From Octopus vulgaris (lineage: Eukaryota): 64,000 nucleotides of DNA. Position numbers and translations under genes: made by a program. The notes under the pieces are model-generated. The model was given only the letters and a program-made list of their open reading frames with translations. It had not been told where the DNA came from and did not search any database. Positions 22,400 through 33,091 of the stretch are shown here, one piece after another. The number at the start of each line of letters is the position of its first letter. Position 1 is the stretch's first letter. The DNA lies in assembly GCA_951406725.2 (NCBI GenBank), contig OX597817.1, positions 104,904,001-104,968,000 of the forward strand, written 5' to 3'.

Positions 22400-24700
22400 A
22401 CGTGTTGAGCTATGAGCAAGCAGACGAGTCCCAATTATGACCATCTCGCTTATATATATAATTATATGTTCCAGGCTACATGGCTCGGTTTTATTGAAGA
22501 ATGTTCGAGCAAAATAATAATAACGTGTATTCAATGCATTAGTATATTATTCTTTCGCTTTCTGGTTTTCAATTCGTGTCAAGGCGAAGTTTCGGATCAG
22601 GATACTCATTTTCACTTTTTTTTTCACCTCGGCTTTCGAAACGATGGTGGAGGCATCTTTTTACGAATTTTTTTTTCATAGCATAAAGGGGTTTTGGGGG
22701 GAAAAATATTGAAAAACATCAATACGTGACACTGAAAAAAAAACGAGGAGAATGGTCGTGAGATGTACTAGAAACAACAGCCAAATCTCAGTTAAATAGC
22801 ACACCTTTTCCTCTGAAAATATTTGCATTTTTTTAAAGCTTAGCCCATGGTTTTTAAGTGCGTAATGCCAGTTAAATTTGGTCAAATTCGGTTCGAAGTG
22901 GGGTGGTGAGATGAAAAAAAAAAAAAGTTTCCAAAAAAATTTCATACAAAAATGCTTTCAGAATTTCGAAGGTAGAAAAAAAATTTTGGAAAAATCCCGT
23001 CAAAACGGAGAAAATCCAACCTATGTGGGCGTCCCGATTCGAAACGCCGCCAAATAAATATATAAATATATTTGCATGTCGAATGACATTTTTATTCTTA
23101 AACAGGTAAATTTTACCCAAACAAGGACGTAACTGGTACTTATTTAATCGAAAGGTAAAGTCGATCTCGGCGGAATTTGAAAACTCAGAACGTTACGGCA
23201 GACAAAATACCTATTTCTTTACTACCCACAAGGGGCTAAACACAGGGAGGACAAACAAGGACAGACAAACGGATTAAGTCGATTATATCGACCCAAGTGC
23301 GTAACTGGTACTTAATTTATCGACCCCGAAAGTATGAAAGGCAAAGTGAATCCCGGCGGAATTTGAACTCAGAACGTAAAGACAGCTCGTCGCCCTATAA
23401 TAGATGTAAATTTAAGTGCATAAATATATTTCCCTTGCATTAAAGTGTATAAATACATTTTGTTTGCATTTGTGATTATATTTTCATCTTTAAAAACTAG
23501 TATTTCACATTTTAAAAACATATTACTGAGGCAGTCATTATTTTGCTTGAACACCTTTCAATAGAGAAGGTTACCCCAATAGGTCTGCTTTTCATTTTTT
23601 TAAATACAGCGAAGTGCGATTCGGAGAGATTTAGCGGCTATTTGTAGAAGAACGAGCGATTACGTAAAAGCTTCCCCGTTCTTTGAAGAGGAGGAATTGT
23701 TAGGTCATATGCAAAACGATAAAGTTAAGAACACCAATCTCACCGATATGGAATGATGATTCGAAAAATATACACAACAGCCATTTACGGTGTTAGACTA
23801 ATGTTATCACCGAAACATGTTCCGACTAAAATCGGCGTTAGGTCAACAAGTTGACCGCATTTTGTTTCGTTGGAAAACATATTACTGGGTATGTCCCGGG
23901 AGATAACCGATGAAATGCTAACTTTAATAATATATGTAACACTAGATATGGCATAAGACAACGAATTAAGCTGGGTTTTCGATCTGCTTGAAATAATAGC
24001 CAAATTTCCCTCAAATCATGCCACACTGCCTTAGAAAGTTTCCTACAAGTAGGTAAAAAAAAAACAAAACTAGATAGTCACTGCTGGAATACCTCTGATC
24101 GTAGACCGACTCGATCAAGGCTGAGCAACGGCTGAAAACCAAGATCAACTGGATACTAATAGATTTTTCGAAGCTATAGGTTTAAAGGTTGAACTTTTAA
24201 CTGATTTGGTAAATGAGAAGTATGTGATGTTAAGATGTTTTTGAAAGGGGTGACGTTATAGTACTATTATTGGCATTTAGCCCAAAGTTGGCCTTTGATC
24301 AAAAGTGTTTCAACCTTGATCAATGCCGTTTTTAGGTTTTCATGAAAGTGAAAATATTTACCTGATCAGAACAGGTGTTTTCCCGGTCACCTATGTGCAA
24401 AGCTTTGACCATTCCGTTCATTTTTCAATGTTATATAGAACCACTATCTTCAATATGTCTGTCCAATTCCTTTAAGACGCTAAGATGTGATTTAACGAAG
24501 ATTTGACGGTCATTTCTAGCAGGTCAGCAAGTCAAATGACTACGTAGAAGCTTTCTCATTGGTTCATAGTTGACATATATTGGGAAGCTATGTACTATCA
24601 GAAACGCACCGAAGTTATTTTTGTTTTTTCTTTTGTCTTAGTACGAAAAACAGAGGCGTTCATGACTTTTTGCAACACCTATTAAGGTGAACGGAAAGGC
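22400..24700 (-). promoter_or_regulatory. CpG-retaining region; candidate ITPA promoter / non-coding first exon
   Basis: CpG is visibly more frequent than in the flanking DNA. The ITPA ATG exon has a splice acceptor, so an upstream exon is implied. Candidate donor ATCG|gtgaga at 23744/23743. Confidence 0.4.
23125..23385 (-). mobile_element. SINE-like element with duplicated segment (family also at ~7020, 41085-41200, 41300, 41580, 58000)
   Basis: ACTGGTACTTA..ATCGA..AAAGGyAAAGT..CGGCGGAATTTGAA..CTCAGAACG is present twice. Confidence 0.7.
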
Positions 24701-25029
24701 AGACACTATGGTTTTTAATTGTGGCGGTTGGAAGCAACATAATAAATATATTTATCCTCAAACTGAAGAACTTCTAATAACGCTCACAACTGAGTTTACT
24801 ATTCTAAAATCTGATAGCGTTGTTAAAACTTCCTGGCAACAGTGTCGTCTTCAGGAATGAGCACACTAGGGGTTCCAGGGGTTCCACAGATCTGGGGGCC
24901 CAGGTCCTTGTGCACTGATTTGCCCTAGGATTTGCTCTGGTAATGGATATGAGGTCCACCCCCTGAGGATATGATGTACATTGTGTGAATATTATATGTA
25001 TCAGCATCTGCTTTTTAAAGGTCACTTGG

Positions 25030-25650
25030 GTCAGACGGAATTTTGTGGAGGCGGATTTTCTATGGTCAGACACCCACTCCCCTTGTCACCAATCCTCACC
25101 TGTTTCCAACTAAGGTAATATCTGCACATTAGCAGACGTTTTTTAGCAGATGATCTGTTACAACTATCACTCGATGTCAATGAGACAGTAACACACATAC
25201 GGTGGGCTTCCTTCAATTTCCAATGACCAAATCCACTCACCGGGCTTTGGTCAGCCAAAGACTATTGAAGAAGAGACTTGCCCAAGGTGCCATGCAGTGG
25301 CACTGAACCCAGAATGGAATTTTGTGGAGGTGGATTTTCTGTGGCTGGATGCCCTTCCTGTCACCAACCCTCAACTGTTTCCAAGCAAGGTAATATTTGT
25401 CCATGACCAGCTGTGTTTTTCATTGATGACAACTTACAACTACCTCACAATGTCATGGTGAGGAGACAGTAGGACACATACACACACACCATGATGGGCT
25501 TTCTTCAGTTTCTGTCTACCACATCGTCCACTCACAAGACTTTGGATGGCCCAGGGTTATACGAGAAGACACTTGCTTAAAGTGGCATTGAACCCAGAAC
25601 CATGCGGTTGGGAAGCAAACTTCTAACTGCACACCCACATTTGCACCTGT
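25030..25650 (-). mobile_element. Two tandem SINE copies
   Basis: GGAATTTTGTGGAGG.GGATTTTCT..CCTCA.CTGTTTCCAA..AAGGTAATAT..GAACCCAGAA repeated at ~25037 and ~25316. Confidence 0.75.
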
Positions 25651-25834
25651 CTGTAGTCATGAAAAGATGATTAGATTGTATAATAAATCCTCAGTGAATT
25701 CTTGATAATGTCTTAAAACTACTTGTATTTGTTGCCATGTTCCATTTTTCTAATTACAAACTTGTTCCTTATAAATATTTACTGATCTCTAACTTTTCAT
25801 GCATAAGAGGAGAGAGAGAGAGAGATGTCTTTTC

Positions 25835-28145
25835 TATAATAATAATAATAATTGTGTACAGTGCTCAGGTGCACTACAACTCATCTAAAGTGTATATATA
25901 ATCAGGTGAAGTTTCGGCGGATTTCGGAAAGCATGAGGGCCTTAAAAGATGCAGTGTCATGGCAGTCAACAACTGACGCAGGCAGTTTATTCCATGCTTC
26001 AGCAACTCTGAGCGTGAAAAAATGTTTCCGAAAGTCATGGGAGCTGTATTGTTTTCTGACTTTGTAGGCATGTCCACGTGTGTTAGACACATGGAGATCA
26101 AAAAGGTGTTCAGTGTTGTTGTTGGTGAGGTGGTTGATAACTTTGTGGGTGTTTACCAAGTCCGTCGCCAAACGCCGGAGCTTCAGAGAATCCATGCCCA
26201 GGGAAACAAGGCGCTCAGAATATGGTAGGTGTCTGATGGAGGGTATGCGTTTGGTTGCACGTCTCTGGACAGATTCCAGGAGGTCAATGTTCTGTGCAAG
26301 ATAGGGGTTCCAAACTGATGATGCGAATTCCAAGTGTGGTCGTACCATAGCTGTATACAGTTTTAAATAGATGGCTGGAGAGCGGCTAACAAAAGACCTG
26401 CTGAGTGATGCCAAGACACCCTCGGCCTTCCTGACAATCTTAGAGATATGCTTTGACCAACGCAAATCACTGCTGACAGTGATGCCTAGGTCACGCTCGC
26501 AAGAGGATTTCTTGATATCAGTGTTGTGGAGGGAGTATGTGAACGCAGGGTTTTTTCTCCCAAAATGCATGGTGGTACACTTGTCCACAGCCAGTTTCAG
26601 TTGCCAGTCTGTGATCCATTGCTGCATTGTGTCTAGGTCTGATTGCAGGAAAGAGTTGTAGACATCAGGATCTGTCCTCTTGATTTCAAGGTACAGCTTG
26701 ATGTCGTCTGCATATTTCAATACTGTGGCATTCTTTAAATTGGCATCTATGTCGTTAATGTATGCCACAAACAAGAGGGGCCAAGGACAGATCCCTGTGG
26801 TACACCCGATGACATCTCATATGGTGTAGAGTGCTGTCCTAGAACTGTGACTACCTCCTTTCGGCTGAGGATGAAGGATTTCAACCAGTTAAAAAGGTCA
26901 TCCCCCACACCCATTGCAGAGAGTTTCACCATAAGCCTTTTGTGTGGCACAGAGTTGAAAGCCTTAGCAAAGTCAAGGTAGACAACATCCACCCATGAGC
27001 CACTGTCAGTAATCTGAGTAATGTCCTCAAGGAACTCGACAAGCTGGTCACTGCAGCTGGAGTTAGGGACAAATCCATATTGTGAGGGTCGGATGAGACT
27101 GTGAGAGCTCCAGAAGTTCCAGAGTGTTTCTCTGACACACGATTCCATCAGTTTTGCAATACAGCTAGTGAGACTGACTGGGCGATAGTTGACAGGTGAT
27201 GTGCGGTCGCCCTTTTTGAACAGAGGAATGACACTGGCAGTTTTCCACTGCTCCGGAGTAGCACCATTGTTGAGACAGTACTGGAAGAAAATAGAAAGCT
27301 GGTGTAAAAGGAAGTGCCTGCCACGTTTGAGAAGCAGGTATGTAACTCCATCGAGACCAGGGGAGGCATAGTTGCGCTTATTTTGAAGGTGACGTCGCAG
27401 CATTGCAGGTGTAAATTCCATAGTTGTTATGGAGTTTGCTGTTAGTGATGGTGAAGATGGTACATTTTGACTTTCAACAGTGAATATGTTTGCATAGCAC
27501 TCGGCAATGAGTTCTGCGCATTCCTTGGGGTCGTCAGTGATCTGGTTTGTGTGAGGGTTGCGAAGAGGGCCCACTGGAGAGTGAGGTCTCTGCTTTGAGT
27601 GCACATATTTCCAGAAAACCTTGCTGTCAGGATTGGCTGCTATGCACTGTTCAAATTCAAGCACTGCTTTTTTTGTCACTTGCTTGAGATGGTTGGAGGA
27701 TTTATTCCGCTTCTTCCTGTTGGTGTCTGATTTATGCAACCTGTATTCCCGTTCAGCAGTCCGACGTTCCCTCCTGGCAAGTCGGACCGCTGAAGTTTCC
27801 CAAATTGCCCTTTTGGGGCGGTTCTTCTTTTTTGTTTACGTGGCACTGATGCTGCACATGCTGCCCATATTGAGTCCAGGATACTCTGGAGTATAGTATT
27901 CACATCTCCAGAGTTGTAGAATTCACGCCAGTTTGGGTGCTGTAGTTCAGTGTGGTACAGGTTCCAATCTGCTCTCTTCCAATCGAAGGAAGCAGATTGG
28001 AGATGGTTCAGGTTTTTGTTGCCCGCAAGAGCCAGATTGGCGATGATCATAGCATGATCAGAGTCACCTAGAGGTTCCTCCGTAGTGCAATTGATAACCG
28101 CTTCAGGAGTTGTGGTGAAGAGCAGGTCCAAGGTGTTGTCGCCTC
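25835..28145 (-). mobile_element. 5'-truncated CR1-clade LINE (end of endonuclease + RT, two frameshifts, (ATT)n tail)
   Basis: NTLDLLFTT, SDH, NYRPVSLTS, YLDFAKAFNSVPH, GVPQGSVLGP, KYADDIK, VRPHLEFASSVWNP and TRGH..FFTLRV..WNKLP across ORFs 27676-28131, 26747-27739 and 25902-26774. Possible TSD TATAATAA. Confidence 0.95.
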
Positions 28146-28689
28146 AAATATAATAAAAATCAGAGTTTAAGATTTGTGCTGTAGATCCTGGCAGTCTGAT
28201 AAGTTTTTATAAATACAAGAATGGTTCAGACTTTCCAAAGTCAACCACAATTTCTTCGTTATGGTAGAAGACACCTGAGGTAATGTACAAGCAGATTTAA
28301 CTCAAAATGACGAAGTTTCAATGCAAGCTTCTTAACAACACAACCACATCTGTACATTGTTAATATAATATAAAAGGTGTAATATTTGTTATTGATAAAA
28401 TGCACCTTAACTCAGCAATGGCCTGCTGAGTTTCCAAAAGTTCTCTTGCAATGAGTTCAGCTGTATCAAGAAGTGCTGATCTCTAAATGTGGAGGGAATG
28501 TGTAGAAAGGATAGACTGAAGATGAGGGACAAAGTCACAGAAGGACTCACAAGGGACTGAGATTTCTGCCAGTTTGTTGTGCCTGAGACAACATATAAAG
28601 CTAAATAAAATCATGGCTGTCCTTGCATATAGCTATGTCCCTTACATTCCTCTTTAGCTGAGAGATCCTAATCTTGCAGGCTTGTGGGT

Positions 28690-28978
28690 GCTGGTGCCAC
28701 ATAAAGGCAGCTGTACCAGTGCATCATAAAAGCACCCAGTACACTCTGTAAAGTGGTTAGTGCTAGGAAAGTCAACCAGCCATAGAAACCATGCCAAAAC
28801 AGACATAGAGCCTTGGCAGCTCTTCAGCTGGCCAGCTCCTGTCAAACCATTCAACCCCCTTTACCCCTCCCCCTCCAATTTCTTCATTTTACACTTTTTT
28901 CTGTAACCCTAACTCTAACCCTAAAACCCTAACTCTAACTAGCATGGAAAATGGATGTTAAAAGATGATGATGATGAT
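28690..28978 (+). mobile_element. SINE interrupted by an 87-bp insert (28853-28939)
   Basis: AAAAGCACCCAGTACACTCTGTAAAGTGGTT..AGCATGGAAAATGGATGTTAAA(GAT)n family. Confidence 0.75.
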
Positions 28979-29625
28979 ATACTTCCTCAAAGCATCCTAA
29001 GAAATGTTTAGCTGGAAGGGCATATAATGCCCTATCAATAAGAGAAGCAGAGTGGTTGCTAAAAATTAGATTTAGTTCTCTAATTAAGCCTTTTAATATT
29101 TAAACCATAATTTCCCAAAGTGGGCAATATCACTCACTGGTGGGTGATTTCAACTTGCAGGCAGGTGATGGGTGAATTTCTAGAAAATGGTGGGTGATTT
29201 GAGACTTTGGTGGATGATATGAACATTTTGTGGGTGACAATGAATTTTGAGAAATTAAGTCTGCATTTATTGATATCTAAGCATACCTAGAATAAAGATG
29301 CACTTTTATTAATTTGTCTATTCACATGAAACGTCCCATTGGGATCTTTTCCTCTTGATCGGCAGGTCAATAAATTAGTTTTTTTAACTGAATACTTTCA
29401 ATACTGGTAGAATGTGTCATACAGAACATCTTTTACTCTTAGTATTGTTGAGAAAAGTTTCTATTTATGAAGTTATTTTGTGTTAATGCTGTCGTATTTC
29501 GGTAATTTTTACCAATCAATGACATGTATTCAGCTGAATAAAATTACTGCTGTTGTTTGTCAACAACTATTGGCGGTATATCCCCCCATTTTCTCGCAAA
29601 TTATTGGGTTTTGTTTTTAAATTTT

Positions 29626-29706
29626 TAGGGTTAGGGTTAGGGTTTTAAGGTTAGGGTTAGGGTTTTAGGGTTAGGGTTAGTGTTGGAGTTTTAGGGTTAG
29701 GGTTAC
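29626..29706 (+). repeat. Degenerate interstitial (TTAGGG)n
   Basis: TTAGGGTTAGGGTTAGGGTTTTAAGGTTAGGGTTAGGGTTTTAGGG... Confidence 0.9.
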
Positions 29707-29980
29707 AGGAAAAAGTGTAAAGTGAAGAAATTGGAGGGGACGAGGTAAAGGGGGTTCAGAAAATTTCAAAATTCTGATTCTTGGCAATTCTTGGCAAAAA
29801 AAAATTAAGAAAAAAAAATTTGCGAGAAAAGGCAGGATACACCACCAGAAGCTGTTGTTGACAAACAACAGCAGTAACTTTATTCAGCTCAATAGACATC
29901 AGTGATTGGTTGAAATTACCGAAATACAACAACTTTAACACGAAACAACTTCGTAAATAGAAACTTTTCTCAACAGCTAG

Positions 29981-30255
29981 TCGTGGGAGTGGCTGTGTGA
30001 TAAGTAGCTTGCTTATGAACCACATGGTTCCAGGTTCAGTCCCACTGCATGGCACCTTGGCCAAGTGTCTTCTACTATAGCCTCGGGCTGGTGTGTTTAC
30101 GTCCCCATAACTTAGCAGTTTGGCAAAATAAACCGATAGAATAAGTACTAGGCTTACAAAGAATATGTCCTGGGTCCATTTGCTCGACTAAATGCGGTGC
30201 TCCAGGATGGCCACAGTCAAATGATCGAAGTAAAAGAATAAAAGAGTAAAAGAAC
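29981..30255 (+). mobile_element. tRNA-derived SINE inserted in the right TIR of the foldback element
   Basis: A/B-box-like GGCTGTGTGATAAG and GGTTCAGTCCCAC, (TAAAAGA)n tail, TSD GCTAG at 29976-29980 and 30256-30260. Confidence 0.85.
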
Positions 30256-33032
30256 GCTAGGAGTAAAAGATGTTCTGTATGACACATTCTACCAATATCT
30301 GAAGTTTTAAAGTGTTTAGTTAAAAAAAATTAATTTATCGACCTGCTGATCAAAAGGAAAAGATCTTCCCTTTGTATTAAAAAAGCAGACTTGTTTATTG
30401 ATCTAATATTTTTGGCGCAGTCATTGAAATGGTTGTCATGCATGCTAAAAATAGCTGCCAAATAGGCCTAGGCCTTAAATCACACTCTATTAAACAATTT
30501 TTGTTTTGCATAATCGTATGAAGTCCTGCGTATAGAATTCAAATTCACAAAAATGTTATGAAAACTCCCAAAAATAAAAAAGTTATGTGGGGTTATATGT
30601 CGTGTGTAATTCTGTGGTTTCATATCAAAACACAAGTGTTATTTTCAGGATGTTGACAAAATGTGCAGTCACGCACAAAATGACAGCTTTGAAATTGTTT
30701 CTTGACTGGGTGAAGATGATCAAACTTTAAGCCTCTGTAACTTTATAAAAACATTTTTCAGGAAAAAGTTGAATAACTCTAGCAATTTAGCATGAAAAGG
30801 TACATTAATGTGCCAAATTAAAAAATTTTTGATAAACTTTAATTTTGAAATGCTGGCAGCCAAACGAACTAGATCTGTATTTACTCCAGTAAAGACATGT
30901 CATCTAACTCTGCTCTATTGACTTCTTCTTCTCTTTGGGAATACCATACTGCCTTTTTGATGCCATCCGTGGAAATTTGTTTTCACATTTTCCCTTTACT
31001 GATGATGCTTACAGTCAAGAAAATTTGTTGACTGTACAGTAGTGATTATTTATCATTTGGATTTATTCCCTCTCCTCAGGACTGTCAGTTACCAATGTGC
31101 CTTCTTTGCCATCAAGCATTGACCAACGAAGCAATGAAACCTTCACGCTTGAAGTATCACTTTGACGCAAAGCATACTGACAATAAGGACAAGCTGTTGT
31201 TATCCTTTTTGCAACTGAGCTCCTCTTTCAAAAAGCAAACACAAACATTCAACACGTTACTCCAGGAAACTAGTAAGCAGGAGAATGACAGGTTGATTGT
31301 ATCATACAACATTGCATTTCTTGTTGTTAAGTCTGGGATGTTTCACACTATTGGAGAAACATTACTTTGCCCAGTTAATGAAAAGAAATTAAGCATGAAA
31401 AATCCGATAACATTATGAAGAACATACTATTTAGTAATAGTACAATTTCTCGATGCATCGATGTCAAACATCAGCTCATTAATATTCTCCAGCATTCTGA
31501 ATTTTCTATACAACTGGATGAGTCAACTGTTGTAAACAATCAATGTTTGATGGTGGTATATATTTGATATTTCCGAGAAAACCTTCAACCTTGTGAGGAA
31601 ATGCTGTTCACAGAGAAATTGCCACTTGATTCAAAAGGTGCAACTATTTTTCACACTCTCAAGTCTTTCCTTTTTGGACATAATATCCCATTCAGTAATA
31701 TTCTTGCTTGTGCATCTGATGGAGCCCCTTCGATGACAGGAAGATACAGAGGTTTTTCATCCTTCTCAAATTGTGAAATCTCCCACCAGATACTAACTAT
31801 TCATTGCTTGGCACACCGACAGCAGTTAGTGGCAAAAAATATGAATGGTAGCTTGAATGATGCGCTATAGTTAGTTATCAGGACTGTGAACAAATTGAAG
31901 TCCAGTCCCTTGTCTGATTGAATTTTCCTTCAACTCCAGCTGAGAAATGATGAGGACTATACTAAACTCATATACCATACTGATGTGTGGTGACTATCAA
32001 AAGGAAACTGTATTTTACGCTTTGTGGAACTGTTCCATAAAATCATCTTTCTTTGAAGGTACTCCACTATCTGCTTCATTGATGGCTGCAAGGTGCAATA
32101 TGTTTTTTCTTTGTGATATATTCACAAAATAAAATGATTTGAAACAGAAAAACTCTCATTGATTGTAAATCATTTATCATGATCTTCATTTCGAAATTGG
32201 TGCTGTATAAGACTACCATTTCAAAATGTCAATTCCATCAATTTCCACAACTTGATACTTTGAAAGATGAATTGGTTGATGAGGATTTAACTACATCTCA
32301 AGTTTAGATCTAAATAACTTTTTTTATTTTAAAAGCAAAATATATTTACCTTAGCTTCAGTGATAGAAGAAAGAATTTCATAGTTTTGATCCCATGCAAC
32401 AAAAATTTGTATCCAAAAAGTTGTGAGGTAAAATATCATGAAAAAAATTTAAGGCAAAAAAATGGATTTAAGTATAATTATTTTATTTTAAAAACAAACT
32501 GTACTTTAATTAAGCTTAAATGATTGAGCTCAATTCAAAGAATTTCATGGTATCAATCTCAGGCAATGAAGTTTTGAAAGAAAAATGTTAAGAGTGTTTA
32601 TTTCCCAAATTTATAATACAGTTCTATACTTTTTTTATGAATATAGTTCTATAAGGGGACTTTTAATAAATGTATCTGGCATCATTGAGGTAAGGAAAAA
32701 ATTATCAATGATACAGCTAACTTGCAATTAGTTTAATTACATCATCTGTATTAATTAATGCAATTATATTATGAAAATGAAAAAAATGAAAATATTATTT
32801 AGAAATTTTGAAAAAAATTTTTATTTATTTTTGTGAGTGGAAATGTACATTTTGTTTGAAGTCAGCATAAAGTGAAAGAGAGAGGAAATGGACATGGATG
32901 TGTGTATGTGTTGATGGAGGGGGTGCTACACAGAAAGTGTGTGTTGTGTGTGTGAGAGAAAGGGAGAGAGTGACAGCGTACGTTTTAAAACTTATTTTCC
33001 TCACATCTTTTTCAGTGAATGTGTGAGTGATG

Positions 33033-33034
<2 letters not shown>

Positions 33035-33088
<54 letters not shown>
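33035..33088. repeat. (GA)n microsatellite inside a loose inverted repeat (~32930-33235)
   Basis: Direct inspection. Confidence 0.85.

Positions 33089-33091
<3 letters not shown>

Larger units (their letters stand above)
29342..30366. mobile_element. Foldback/MITE element with ~260-bp TIRs and a TTAGGG-rich core
   Basis: Left arm 29342-~29603 is the reverse complement of ~29817-30366 once the SINE is removed. Flanks TCCCATTG and TCCCTTTG match 7/8. Confidence 0.85.
29106..32300 (+). mobile_element. Degenerate hAT (Buster/Charlie, ZBED5/8-like) transposon with nested insertions; transposase remnant at ~31030-32290
   Basis: DYLSFGF..PMCLLC..LTNEAMKPSRLKYHF..KH, FSIQLDEST, ASDGAPSMTGRYRG and IHCLAHRQQL. 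Candidate left TIR CATAATTTCCCAAAGTGGGC at 29106 after ATTTAAAC. Right end not found. Confidence 0.85.

Noticed and set aside
26022-27896. Plus-strand ORFs
   Set aside because: Antisense shadows of the CR1 ORF.
29626-29706. True telomere or chromosome fusion site
   Set aside because: Short, degenerate and embedded in a TIR-bounded element.
29981-30060. tRNA genes (GGTTCAGTCCCAC motifs here and elsewhere)
   Set aside because: These are SINE heads that continue into the shared SINE body; no complete cloverleaf was found.
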